A stretch of 63,483 bases of DNA, filler included, from Phoronis australis (Eukaryota > Animalia > Phoronida), in NCBI GenBank assembly GCA_002633005.1. It is 8 parts of 8 records of this genome, joined end to end, with 100 filler letters (N's around TTAATTAATTAA, not from the genome) between each part and the next. Parts side by side here need not be neighbours in the genome. Positions count along the whole stretch, not along the records: positions 9,383 to 13,772 come from NMRA01002605.1; positions 13,873 to 17,952 come from NMRA01001563.1; positions 18,053 to 28,108 come from NMRA01001772.1; 5 more parts are not named here. One strand, given 5' to 3'. The translations under genes were made by a program, and so were the position numbers. Every line of letters starts with the position of its first letter. The first letter of the stretch is position 1. The notes beneath the pieces are model-generated. The model made no database searches. It worked only from the letters and a program-made list of their open reading frames with translations, and was not told the DNA's origin. Positions 11,992 through 24,671 of this stretch are shown piece after piece.

Positions 11992-13772
11992 CTATCTGTT
12001 ATCCCTGTCCACTTTCTGGTAATTGAATTTCCCCGTCATCTCCTTCGGCAGTGGCTCCCATCCAGGACATGGCACCTGGCCGGGCACTTCGCATATGCAC
12101 CACCTAGGGGCATTGTATCCAAAATTGGCCGGATTCTCTTTCTTCTCCATAGCAAGAGCTTCTTCAGCCAGCTTCTGCCTGAAAAGATTGAAATTAAGGT
12201 AAATTAGATGTTCTTTACTGTCCAGTTAATTCATCAAAAAACTAAATTTAAAAGTATATAGAGTGTTACTTAAGTGACATGAGTACTGCCTTGGGACATC
12301 CCATTTCACACAATGGCCAGAGCTGACCGACCTAATGTTGCGATGATCACAAAAAATCGAGTCTGACATGAAATCAGGTAAAATCTCACCAATTTCTTCA
12401 CATTGTGGGTAGTGCCTGCAATTTTTCAAAATACTGACTGGTGGCAGCTACGGTACAAACCTTGAAGATGTAAAATCATTACTTTACTGCTACACATCTT
12501 TGGTGGGAAAAATCAAAAATAAAACTTCACTTGTCCGCCATATCGTGTCCTAAATTGGTGAGATTTTAACCTAAGGTAAATTAACACTTCTTTTTTTCTC
12601 TGTCAGGGCTGCTAACTCACGAAGATCATAATCTGTAACTTTTGTGCTAAAAATCCATACTTTATTTGAGAAAATTAATAGGATTTGTAAAATTTTAAAA
12701 CAATTTAGATATCAATCGAGAGATGGAGTGAAACAAATGTAAACAAAAATCTTCAGTTTCATATTGTGATAAATAAAAAGGTCTACTAACACTAAATGCT
12801 GGTTTCTCCAACCTTCATATCAATATTGAAAAAAACAAATTAAAGCTGTTTGGTTTGGTAAAAACATTGGGTGAAATCACAACCAAAGAAATCCTTTCAA
12901 GGACAAAAATAGTTGGAGTTGATTTCAAGTTGATTTAAAGTGATGGTAGATCAAAAGACATTAAAAAGTAGAAAACTGGAAATAAAAACCAAAAAAAGAG
13001 GAAACCTTCTTTAAAAGAGGAAAATTCCAAGCCCTGGTATTGGCAAAAATGATCAAAATTTAATCGCCGTGTGTTCTTCGATGACAGCCGTACTATATAA
13101 AGTTTTCAAATAATCAAAGCAAAATTTAACTGCTCCGCCATGTTTGGTTCTAATCTGCATGCATGTCAAAAATTCATATATTAATTTACTTATTTATTTC
13201 ATTTTTCATTCATCTGTACATATCATTGTTCATCTTATTTATTTATATTATTAATCTATTTATTGTAATTTTGAGGACCATGTGGTAGATAAGTTTTACA
13301 ATTACCATGTTTTTTATCCTATTTATTACTATTATTATTATAAAGAAGCATTACCATAAATATAAACAATGGCATTGTAAACCCCTCTATTATCACAAAA
13401 ACCAACTTTTGATTTAATGAAATTGGTCTCAAATTGTGCCTCAACGAAATTTCAACTTTGACAGAACTAACACTTCATTATTGCTCGAGTCCCGTCTCTA
13501 CAACTTGGCTTGTCATGCCGTGTCATTTTACGCACCACGCATCATGATCTCAAGGAATAATGAATTGTCAGTTCTTTGCAAACCCAGAAATCTCCGCTCG
13601 TCTTGGTAAGAATCAAAATATTTACCAATTATAGAACACTACCTGATCTAAACCCAAAGGTTTACTTCTTGGACAGTACATGGGTTTTTCACTGCGCCTT
13701 TTTAATCATTATTTTTATTAATTATTAAAATACTTACTCTGTTTTTCCTACCACTTTCTTCACATGATCAAT
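11992..13772 (-). CDS. MRPS25: Mitochondrial ribosomal protein S25 (mS25), 3' part; exons 13738-13772 (truncated by contig end) and 11992-12178
   Basis: Spliced (phase 2, GT-AG) peptide IDHVKKVVGKTE/QKLAEEALAMEKKENPANFGYNAPRWCICEVPGQVPCPGWEPLPKEMTGKFNYQKVDRDNR* carries the mS25 signature PANFG...CICEV.GQVPCP...PLPKEM.GK. It is not in the ORF track. Confidence 0.95.
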
Positions 13773-13872
13773 NNNNNNNNNNNNNNNNNNNNNNNNNNNN
13801 NNNNNNNNNNNNNNNNTTAATTAATTAANNNNNNNNNNNNNNNNNNNNNNNNNNNNNNNNNNNNNNNNNNNN
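13773..13872. other. Artificial contig-joining spacer
   Basis: N44-TTAATTAATTAA-N44. Confidence 0.99.
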
Positions 13873-15710
13873 ACACGCCTATGTGGGTCTGACGGAGCTT
13901 GGACTGGAACTGCTTTGTCATGCACAAGTACGTACTATTTTGTATTTGTTTTTGGTTTCGTGCAAACCTAAAATATTACATAACAGTCCTTAAGGAAAAC
14001 TGGCAGTCGATACGGGGGATCTCAATGACCGATATTTCTTCTTGAGACACTGCTTGCAATTGATAGATTTTTCCGCTGCAGCATTGTTGAATAATTGCTT
14101 TAGACATCTTGTTGTTCTCGATGACGACTTCTGCCTTACAACTGATTAATCTCTCAGATTCAAGTGATTATCGAGCACAAACAACGGAAACAAGGTATTG
14201 ACCAGGCCCATTTCTGGCTAAATCAAACAATGTCAGTCTCTCATTTTATATATTTCTATTCTTTCTTGCTCCTGAAATGTTGTATTGTGCCTAACTTTTG
14301 TTATATTTATAATATCTCTTTCCCTGTGCCAACGAGAGCCTTAAAGTTATCGACAGTCTTCATGGACATCAAAGCATAAGATTTTGCATACACTATTGTG
14401 ACACTAACTGCCATGTGCGTGTTGGCCTCCTGTGACTTACAGCATCATAATTAAGCTCTACCATTTGCTTCATGATCTATATTAATAGCGAGAGAGTTGT
14501 AATGAAATTCGACCAATATAAGAACGTGAGTACATTTGTAAAGGAGACGTGTGAACTTACCTGTTAATATGCCTCTTTCTCATTTCATAATTTCCAGTAA
14601 AATATTGTGGCCAACCAACCGCCAACGCAAATTCCAATGTCACGACTACATCCACCACTTACCAAGGAACAGCTACTTATTCCTGTGACGACGGCTATGA
14701 ATCGACAGGTGGTAACACTACACGCCTATGTGGGTCTGACGGAGCTTGGACTGGAACTGCTTTGTCATGCACAAGTACGTACTCTTTCGTATTTGCTTTT
14801 GGTTTCGGGCAAACCTAAAATATTACATAACAGTCCTTAAGAAAAACTGGCAGTCGATACGGGGGATCTCAATGACCGATATTTCTCCTTGAGACACTGC
14901 TTGCAATTGATAGATTTTACCGCCGCAGCATTGTTGAATAATTGCTTTAGACATCTCGTTGTTCTCGATGACGACTCATGCCTTACAACTGAATGATCTC
15001 TCAGAAAGAAGTGATTATCTAGCACAAACAACGGAAACAAAGTATTGACCATGCCGATTTCAGGGTAAATCAAACAATAGCGGTCTCTCGTTTTTTATAT
15101 TTCTTTTCTATCTTGCTCCTGAAATGTTGTATTGTGCCTAACTTGTGTTATATTTATAATATCTCTTTTCCTCTGCCAACGAGAGCCTTAAAGTTATCGA
15201 CAGTCTTCATGAACATCAATGCTTAAGATTTTGCATACAATATTGTGACACTAACTGCCATTTGCGTGTTGGCGTGCAATGGCTTAAAGCATCATAATTA
15301 AGCTCTGCCATTTGCTTCATCATGATCTATATTCATAACGAGAGAGTTGTATTGAAATTCGACCAATATAAGAACGTGAATACATTTGTAAAGGAGACGT
15401 GTGAACTTACATGTTAATGGGCCTCTTTCTCTTTTCATAAATTCCAGTAAAAGATTGTGGCCAACCAACCGCCAACGCAAATTCCAACGTCACGACTACA
15501 TCCACCACTTACCAAGGAGCAGCTACTTATTCCTGTGACGACGGCTATGAATCGACAGGTGGTAACACTACACGCCTATGTGGGTCTGACGGAGCTTGGA
15601 CTGGAACTGCTTTGTCATGCACAAGTACGTACTATTTTGTATTTGCTTTTGGTTTCGTGCAAACCTAAAATATTACATAACAGTCCTTAAGAAACACTGG
15701 CTGTCGAAAC
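13873..15710 (+). repeat. ~850-bp tandem duplication unit (sushi exon + intron)
   Basis: Donor sites at 13928, 14775 and 15625 (periods 847 and 850). The introns align along their whole length. Confidence 0.95.
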
Positions 15711-17072
15711 GTCAAACAGGTGTCAATCTATAGCGAATTGGTAAGTCTACTAAGTCTTGAAATCAAATGCCATGGTTGAGCATTGATAAATTGATCTGAA
15801 AATGTGGCTCTTTTTCAGATTGAATTGGAGTTTGTGTGATTCTTTGCGTTCATTAATGCTCGTTTTGGTGTTAAATATATGCTCATTAAATGTTTAATTG
15901 TTATAATTGGGTTCCAAAATGAATTTGACATTCTTAACATTAGACATAAATTAGGCAAGAACACGGATTTCTTTTCCACTATATACTGTTTTCAATGTGG
16001 AAAACTATCAAAACAACTAATTTCGATGAGTGTTGCTTCATAGGCATTCTCGAAATTCCAACAACTCACTCTAAAAATATGAAGCTGCATATAGACCAGG
16101 CACAATGGACACGAAGCGGCTGGCAGGGAACAGCTGATTAGGCGAACGCATGAGCGCAAACACGACTGAGATCACAATCTCAATTAGATCAACTTAGAGG
16201 CTCCATATACAGCGACACCACACGCACAATATTGACTATTTTATTTCGATGTCATTTTAGGAGTAAGTTGTGGTCCCCCCGACGTCAACTCCAACTCTAC
16301 CGTTACATCTAATACAAACGCCTTTGAGGACACAGCCAACTATGCATGTGATGCTGGATATGAACAATCTGGTGGCGACTTCTCACGGACATGTCAGGCT
16401 AATCAAACATGGAGTGGGTCTGCTCTGATGTGCAGGAGTGAGTTGCTTCAATATTTATAGAGCTGCGAAATAGATGAAATTGGCCTTGCCCAGAAATACT
16501 CTATTGTCATTTTTAGTCTTAAATACTTTTTTAGAAAAAACGTACACTGTGCGCTAATCTGTAACCAATAAACGGATGAACATATCCTGACTGAAATGCC
16601 CTAGCAATCGCTCGAAAATTATTCCTCGACGAATAATTCAATCATAATTGATCTGGCTAAATGTATGGTAAATGTGGTTAGTTTTTAGTCACCAACCGGG
16701 GAATTAAAGTGCTAAAAAGCGTTTATAGACCATAGTATACAATTTCACATTACATATTTCGACCGCCACTGTATGAGGAAGGTTGACTATTTCACTGCAC
16801 TGTCCTTTTTGAATGAGTATATGGTTCCCCAGAAGTCAAATACAATTCAATTGTTACGTGTGATACCGACTCATTTCCCTGTTTATCTTATTGTAAGTTG
16901 TACAAATAGCACATTCTAAAGTTGTACCGGTAGTTCCTTACATTATTTCACGCCTTCAGGAACAACAACCTACATCGGCATTCTAATGAAGCTATCGTTG
17001 TCGTATAAATCGAACTACGAGAATCTGTCAGACCCAACCACGCAGCTGTTTTTGAAGGAATTGAATACCACA
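13873..17072 (+). CDS. Sushi/CCP-repeat extracellular protein with a following SEA-like domain, partial; exons 13873-13927 (truncated), 14598-14774, 15448-15624, 16261-16437, 16960-17072
   Basis: Three complete 177-nt phase 1-1 exons each encode one CCP module, e.g. IKYCGQPTANANSNVTTTSTTYQGTATYSCDDGYESTGGNTTRLCGSDGAWTGTALSCT and RVSCGPPDVNSN...ANYACDAGYEQSGGDFSRTCQANQTWSGSALMCR (C..P, Y.C..GY, R.C...G.W, C). The next exon, TTTYIGILMKLSLSYKSNYENLSDPTTQLFLKELNTT, resembles a SEA-domain start (less certain). Confidence 0.9.
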
Positions 17073-17214
17073 GTGAGTATTTTTATTTAACTTCTTATGT
17101 ATGAATTATTTATGGTGTTTTCCAATCACTTTACTAACTAAAATCAGTCCGGACTTAGATAATTCCAGACTGTGTCGGCTGCTTGTAGTCACTGGGACAT
17201 TTCAATGTAAGCAT

Positions 17215-17952
17215 TTATTGGGGACAAATAAAACAACAAGAATAATAAGTATTTTAAACTGTATTGGGGATTTCAGGGTCACAGCTCTACAAATAAATGG
17301 GCAAATATCATATAAAGTACCAAGTGGGTACACCAAACAGCCAACTGGGCTATAACAACCTGCAAAGCAGGTTCCGGACAAGCTGAGTGAGCAGACCAGC
17401 CGGAGTGATAAAAAGAGATATTGTAAGAAACGTGGTGTTGTGGCTCAGTATGTGCCGAGAGCTGTGACCGGGGTAGAGAGAAGCAAGCTGCAGTAATGGA
17501 CGCTCAAGTACAGGTCTGGTCGCTAGCCAATGACGTCGGTTCTTGCCTGAAGGTAACACGCTCCGGGCTTGAAGAAGGTACCAGCAGTGGCTGTAAAAAC
17601 AACAATAACCAACAGCAGATTTTGTTCGGCAAAAGGGATGGAGCGAGGTAAAGGTAGAAACGGTTGACGTGAAATTTTGTGGTACCCCGGGTAGGGAGGG
17701 CGGGAGAGGTATAAACTTGTCTAATTAGGAAAACTTACGAGTGAATGTACTGTTGCTTGAGGCTGGGCCAACAGGAAGCTGGAGAGAAAGAACAAACAGC
17801 GCAACCGTCGGACTTGGTAGGAACTAACCAGCAGTTGGATATGAAGCATGAAGGGCTCCATAATGGTATTTGCCCAAATAATAGGATTTATGTCAGAGTG
17901 CCATAAATCTCATTATTGGGGACAAATAAAACAACAAGAATAATAAATATTT
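17215..17952 (-). mobile_element. Terminal direct-repeat region of a retroelement, possibly a tyrosine-recombinase (Ngaro/DIRS-type) element
   Basis: 34-bp TTATTGGGGACAAATAAAACAACAAGAATAATAA occurs at 17215 and again at 17913 (period 698, cut by the contig end). It ends in AATAA(A) on the minus strand and lies next to a GATTTATG...CATAAATC hairpin. No ORF is visible, so the class is inferred. Confidence 0.4.
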
Positions 17953-18052
17953 NNNNNNNNNNNNNNNNNNNNNNNNNNNNNNNNNNNNNNNNNNNNTTAA
18001 TTAATTAANNNNNNNNNNNNNNNNNNNNNNNNNNNNNNNNNNNNNNNNNNNN
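17953..18052. other. Artificial contig-joining spacer
   Basis: N44-TTAATTAATTAA-N44. Confidence 0.99.
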
Positions 18053-18354
18053 ATGAATACTTCAATGATGCTAGAAAATATTGAGGTGTTTTTTGATCAT
18101 AGGATTATACGTGGAAGTCATTTTAAATCAGTATGTGTGCTATGAACGAACAATTATGTTAACTATGTGTTGTCCATGAAGGAATTTTTTGCCATTAACT
18201 GTCAAATCTTTTGAATTTCAAACAAAATGACTGATTTGTCCGTCCAAAATACAATCCCTAGTGATATCATAACTGTTGGCAACCATGGTGCAATGGTGGC
18301 TTATATGAGTGTACTGCTAAACTTAACAAATAACTGGATTTTGTTCATTGTCAG

Positions 18355-21300
18355 GTTAAAGGAGGTGGTTCATCTGTGGGCTCTAGTCAGAGCAGTTCTC
18401 GCCGTAACTCCATCGATAGTAACTCCAGTTCCATATGTACCAGCCCGGGTATCAACAATGTCACCTTCAAAACAGAACACAACACCAAAACTAACAGTGA
18501 GCACAGACGCAGTGTTACGCCCACGGAGTCCTCACAACTCAAAGGTAAACTTGGGTTGTCTACTCGCTGTGGGAACTGCATTCATGTGATGTGAGCTTTA
18601 TGCATCATCAAAGACAGTTTTAGTTGAACAGCTGCAAGAGAGCGCAATAAAATCAGTCAAATTAGGAAATCATACTTCATGGTCAAAAATGTTTGGTATT
18701 GTCAGTTGAGCTTCGCTTGGTAAGCAAGTTACCAGTTCAATAGTGCGTGTGAGCACACAGTTCTGTACTGTGAACTAAGAGTTCAAAATATTGAATGGTT
18801 GTCGTTCAAGTCTGTTCACTACCCATTACATTCACCCGTAGCCCACACTCAGCTCTTAAACAGAGGTGCAGGTCCACCGGAGGGGTTTTCACCACTTGGT
18901 GAAAAAGATATAAATGAAAAGAATTTGAGGAAAATTCTTGTTCTCGGTGTTAGTACTTTTTAAATCAAATTACCTTGACACATTTAGAAAACTGCTAATG
19001 GTCTTACTCGTTATATTTTGCCTCAACAACAAATCAAATCGTCTGACATCTACTACTCTCAGTTTTGTACCTAACGACGTCATCAGGTGACACGAATGCC
19101 AACCAATGAGCGAAGTGAATGCTTTAGTTCACAAGCACACCACTAGGTAAAAATGAAAATGGTGGAGTGACAAGCAAAGGGTAAAAAGTCGAATTTTCGA
19201 GCGAATAAGTTCTTTTGAAGAGATTGATTTGCCAGCAGTTTTATTCAACATATTATTTCTGCAGATTAATGTGTTCACATGATTGAAATTTCGACGTGTA
19301 CAGGTTGATGTTTGTTGTGCAATTCGAGTGCATGACCTAATTCAACACTTTCACTTTGCGAACTTAGAACCCTGTTTAAGGATTGGTTTACCATCTAATT
19401 TACCCATTACATCGCCCTCTAGAGATGGCAACCAGTACAGCTGACAAAAGATTTTGAGACGTCGAACTTATACTTTCTCAATTTCTTATTTTCTGCTTGA
19501 CGACATTATCTTGTGATTTGGAGACCATGTTATTCACCTACATTGTCATTCGGTATGTTGCTCGCAAATAAATTATTTCCATTTTAGTAAACTGGTCATT
19601 TTGGTAGATATGTGTAAGTAGATAGATACACAGTTTATCAGTTGATGTGGCCAACAGGTGGCATGGCAAGCAGACTTAGAAATGTTTACAAGTTGGGTTA
19701 ATTTACTTGAAACCAAACATACTCCTTAGTTAATGTCAAATAAGCAGTGTTTATAGCATTAACCTAGTAAGCAGCGCTCCCCGTTCTTTGACTCTTGTGT
19801 TGACACCGTGGTAACCTGCCAACAGGTGTTCTGAAGAAGACAGACAGTAAGGAGAAGCGGTCCTACTATGGACAGAGGTCAGTCATCTATGAGAACACGC
19901 CCAGTTCTGTGACAGACACCATCAAGGCACCCGCGTCCAGAACTGAACCAGATGGACAGGTCTCGTCCATTCTTTCAACGAAACAGCACAGAAATAGTAT
20001 AAGGTGGGTTGGGCATTTGGTACGCTCGTGATCGTCACATGCTTTCACTGTATTTCATGGCTTCATTGAAGGCATTCTTAGTAATATTATAGGTTGGATT
20101 GCTCTTGATTATCAGTTGGTTTCACTCTTATTATTGTTATTCATGCAGGCAAGTATTAGCATTCGGAGACTGACTCGAATCTTCCATCTTCAGCTCATAC
20201 TTACGTATTCGAATGGATATACAAATGTGGTAAATGAATTCCTATTAAGGGATGTGGCAGACACAACAGTACATGTTGCACCTTCTTTATCAGGAATCAG
20301 AGTGCTCTCATGTTCTCACTGGTGAAGCCCACTCTGATCAGCTTGTATTTACCAATGTCTTTCACTAAAGACCCAGGTGAATAAGTTCAACTAACTTTTG
20401 TTATACATCTCTTTATTGTAATTTTTCCCCACTGCTCGTATGCAGCTAAGGCAACACCACACAATGTTCAACCATACATGTCTTATCACTGATAGCTGAT
20501 ATACGTTTTCATGATTCCAGTGAACAAGATCCTTTAGCTGATCTTGTCAAGCAGACTGGAGGCTCCAAGAGGAATGCCCTACTTAAGTGGTGTCAGTCCA
20601 AGACGAAAAACTTCAAGGTATTCCGCTCAGTGTTGTCTTTATTACATTACCATGGCAACATGAATTTGTAGCTTTTAAGTTTTAAAAAAAATTATGTTCT
20701 GTCTCTCACGAAATGGTATGACAGCGGGAAAATGTTTAGTATTCAACTGCCTGCCTATTGCTTTCTTGGGTTTTGAAGTTCCATTTGGAATACAATATTC
20801 GCCGTAATAACCGCCCAGGGCGCTTAGAAAAGTTCGGTTCAGGGGGGCGCTTATTATAACCCAAGGCGGTTGAAACCCGGTCTCCGAAACAGGTGAAATC
20901 GGAAGGTAAGATTCATCAAATTTACGCTCTGTGACGTATATGTAATCTATGAAAGACTTTCAACAAAACTGTGGTGTATTGCTATCAAACTTTGCTGCTA
21001 AATTACGATCATTTTACAGAAAATTGTACTGAAATCCCAGGGCGAAAACTCGCCAACTGACTGCTTCGAAATCGCCGTCTTCAATAATGCGACTTCAATG
21101 CTTGAATAAAAATGGTTTCAATAAAGTACCTGAAATCCTCATTAAGTTTTATAAGTAGCGTCTCTAAGGTTTTTAAGTTCCCGTGGACTCTGGATTAACA
21201 GTAGGTTTAAGTATAAATCTGTGCAACATCGTGCCATCTACATGTATGATCGGCAACACGGCGAGAAAAATGCCTGGACGAACACACATGTTGTTGTCAC

Positions 21301-23611
21301 GTGATGTTTGTTTTGAAGTTCGTCTGCGAGTAAGCAAGCGCGTGCGTGTCACCAGAGTTCATTTGCCAAAGCAGAGACCGTCTTTCGGCCAGAGCCACGC
21401 AATCTAACTAGCTAGATGTGTCTAAAGAAATTTGCACAAGCAGTAGGCCTAAACCAGAGCGTGTTTCATTCAGCACTTGCCGGTCTCGTGCTAAAAACTT
21501 TAGACATTTATCTCGGCAAGGCCCATATTAGTCGCCGTGTAGCTGAATGCGTACGTAACTATCTGAAAGTTATTTTTCGGTGTAAGGGTGTGTAAGCATT
21601 CAGTCAGTTGTCATTTTATCGGATATTCGGCTTAGTAACACCAATTATGTTTACTCAAACAATCCATCTCAAAAATAACGCAAACATGTTTATAGTATTA
21701 GAAATTGTCGGAAATTAGTTCCAATATTCATTTCTTATCGATGCTATGCTACCCGCTTCATGAATGGATAGTTCCCAACTAATGTCTTTGATGACAGGTT
21801 ATGTAGCGCGCGCTTCCTGGCCATGTGCGTTTAACACCGAGTTATTTTTATTCATGAGACCGTCGATGTGTCTACTGAAAGGTCAGACCATGGGACACGG
21901 TCGTCGCGAGAGCATCGCAACGCTGTTGCGTTCTTTTTGAAGCGCTGCGTTACTTTGTCACGGCTAAATACAAACGTACCAGTGCCGCTGGTGGTCTAGA
22001 AGACCCGTGCAAAAATTTTTGATAAATTGAAGACGTTACTGTAGCCGAGTTTTAGGACTGTAGGTACGTCATTGTTCGCATGTACACATTCATGGACTGG
22101 GCGCTTATTTCAGCAAAGTCTGAAAACGCGTGGGGGGGCGCTTATAGGGGCATGGGCGGTTATTACGGCGAATACAGTACTGCATTTCACCACAGTTCTG
22201 AACTGTTCCACGTGGTCAACTCGATATTTACAAACAATGGTTGTCTTTTCAGCACTTCATTGCTGCCTGGTATTTTAAGTATGATGTACAATTAGTGACG
22301 GTGATTCCTGTCATTTATTCAGCTCTACCGGTGTGTATCATGTAATTCATGAGAGACTTATGTCAATTGTGTCTCATTTCAGAATGTGGACGTGACCAAC
22401 TTTAGTTCAAGTTGGAATGATGGCTTGGCATTTTGTGCTCTGTTGTACAACTACATGCCAGAGCAGATACCTTTCAAAGATCTGAACCCAGATGATAAGG
22501 TAGTTTCACCACAAATTTCATGTTATTTAATTCTATCGTAAGGACGGGGAAAAGAATCTTACTCACTGCCTAACTGTGGGTAAATTGAACTTCACTTTTA
22601 ACATTCACTCCAAAATATTTGGCCACTATGCTTAGTTATTTGGAGGTTTGCACGAGTTTTGGATCTTCTTCAGATGTATTATTTTTTGCATTTGAATATC
22701 TTGGCCGCAAATTTTCCTTGTGACATTCCATGAGCCTGAGTCATCTTTTATATCAACTGACACAAGATTAGCCTGCCGCCAACTCGAGCGTTTATCTATA
22801 AACGCCATTAAATACAAATGGAACATCGTATTCAACAATTTTTTGGCACATTTCTGTCCTTATTGGCTAGAACTAAGAATAAATTTGCATGTGTCTGTGT
22901 TACAAGGATACCAAACCGTATTTTGGTGAACTCGACTAGTCATTGTTCTGTCACCTGCTAATGCATCATTTTGGCGTTCCCACTTGAGTTACTAAAGCAG
23001 GATTGAACTAAAAACTCATGCTCCCTATGTCACCAACACCTTGGATATTATGTTTGGTGGGCGGTCCATCACCATAGTTGCCTCGTAACTTGCCTAAAGC
23101 ATAGGTCACACTTGCCCATTTACCAGACTTACAAACTGAAGGTATATTCAAATTTTGCTATCTTTGCAGCGAAGAAACTTTACAGTGGCATTTCAAGCTG
23201 CGGAGTCTGTAGGCATTCCTCCAATGCTGGTAAGTAGACTGACTGGTTTAGTGTCTGCGCTACCTCCATCTCTAATTATTGCATTGAGGGATGTGTTACA
23301 TCAGGACACAATATAGAGGGAGTGAAGACACGCGCAGATAGGTACTAACAGTAATCATCAAAATAAACTGGACAGATTATGGCTGAACTCTGCAACATTT
23401 TGCCAACAGTTAGGTGTAAGTTATGCAGGATTCAAAGCCTTTAATAACAAATTATACCTGTCCAGCCCTTTGACATATCATCTTGCTCTCTAATGAGTCA
23501 TTATCCTGGTTTTCATTTCAGAACGTAAACGAGATGGTTTCGATTGAGCGTCCAGACTGGCAACTAGTGATGTCGTACGTGACGGCAATTTACAAGGAGT
23601 TTGAACTTTGA
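18355..23611 (+). CDS. SPECC1: Cytospin (SPECC1/SPECC1L family), C-terminal part with calponin-homology domain; exons 18355-18544, 19826-20003, 20521-20617, 22383-22499, 23170-23229, 23522-23611
   Basis: Phase-consistent GT-AG exons give ...[133 protein letters not shown] and RPDWQ are cytospin hallmarks. Probably co-orthologous to vertebrate SPECC1 and SPECC1L. Confidence 0.95.
20793..22177. mobile_element. Non-autonomous Tc1/mariner (pogo-like) DNA transposon, 1385 bp, in a SPECC1 intron
   Basis: TIRs C..TATTCGCCGTAATAACCGCCCA / TGGGCGGTTATTACGGCGAATACAG, flanked by TA on both sides (20791-92, 22178-79). No transposase ORF. Confidence 0.85.
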
Positions 23612-24485
23612 ACTACCTTCGAGGTGTTACATTCAAGCCTAAAAATGACATGGTGCTTATGAAGTCTGCATGGCGCAGGTTACAAAAAAATGCTAATCCA
23701 AGCAAAGATAATTCATGTATTGCTTTGCACGTACTATGAAAACGTGTTCAATAAAATAATTTGTGCTTGGAACATGTAATGAAAATTATCCAAGTGTTGT
23801 CATGGGCTATTTAGCGACAAGCTTTAAAGAACATTGCTGGAGTCCAGCAGAACCAGGGTGGAGTATATTTTGACAAACTTGTTTGATAGATTTTTGTAGC
23901 AACAGATCTGGAAATTCATCCCCAAAACTCTACAGGACAGCGTGTCCCTCCGTCAGCACATTCCCCTTCCATATTTGGGGCAAGTTTTGTCAACTGTTTA
24001 TCATGTATTTGAGAATCCCTCAGCATTTCACATGAAATATTTGTAGTCTGCTTATAATTAGTGTTACTGAGATGCTTATGAGCTAATTTATTTTAGTTAG
24101 TGTAGGTACCACTGGCTGTGTGTGATAAGTATCCATTTTAAACTAGTTGCCTGTAACCATTTCTATTGTTTTAGCTCATCTGTGATATTTGAGTGGTCAA
24201 GCGTATCATATCAAAGGTGACTACTTAAGACATACTATTTATCAAATTTTGAATCTCGAAAGATTGAAGCCCAAGTTTAAGACATAGTAATGCATGTAAA
24301 GCACCAAGTTGTGCAGATTTGATTTTAACCTGTATTGCATGGGAATTCATCAATACTTAAAAACTGATTTAGTGCACTTTATTTTTGATAACATGTTTTA
24401 GTGGACAAAGGTGGGTAAATTATGTTGTATTGTGTTTTACTATACAAAGTGTGAAATTTGCTTTTGAAACAATTATGTTGTGTTA

Positions 24486-24520
24486 AATAAAATGATTATT
24501 TGTTGCATTAAAACTTTATT
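24486..24520. terminator. Opposed polyadenylation signals of SPECC1 (+: AATAAA 24486-91, ATTAAA 24507-12) and ZSWIM7 (-: AATAAA at 24515-20)
   Basis: The hexamers are seen directly between the two stop codons; their use is inferred. Confidence 0.5.
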
Positions 24521-24671
24521 TACAAAAACCATACATTTTCAGAGCAATGTACATTTTTCGTAAAATTTTCTTTACAGATTGTCCATGCAAGAAGAAAATC
24601 CACTTGCACATTCGATTGGCTTAAGCAAAGAAGTCTGTTGACTTGCAGAAAATGTTTATAATGGTTGAGTG

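Noticed and set aside
12604-13035. CAGGGCT...AGCCCTG as a single hAT MITE in the MRPS25 intron
   Set aside because: Only 7 bp of TIR and no TSD; more likely fragments of two different elements.
14607-15690. Twin 77-aa ORFs (MANQPPTQIP...) in the ORF track
   Set aside because: Wrong frame; the true frame is the sushi exon.
15684-15712. Hammerhead-ribozyme-like CTTAAGA...CTGTCGAAACGTC (similar remnant on the minus strand at ~7907-7945)
   Set aside because: The catalytic CUGANGA core and stem II are broken in both; at most decayed Penelope-type remnants. I found no intact hammerhead by eye.
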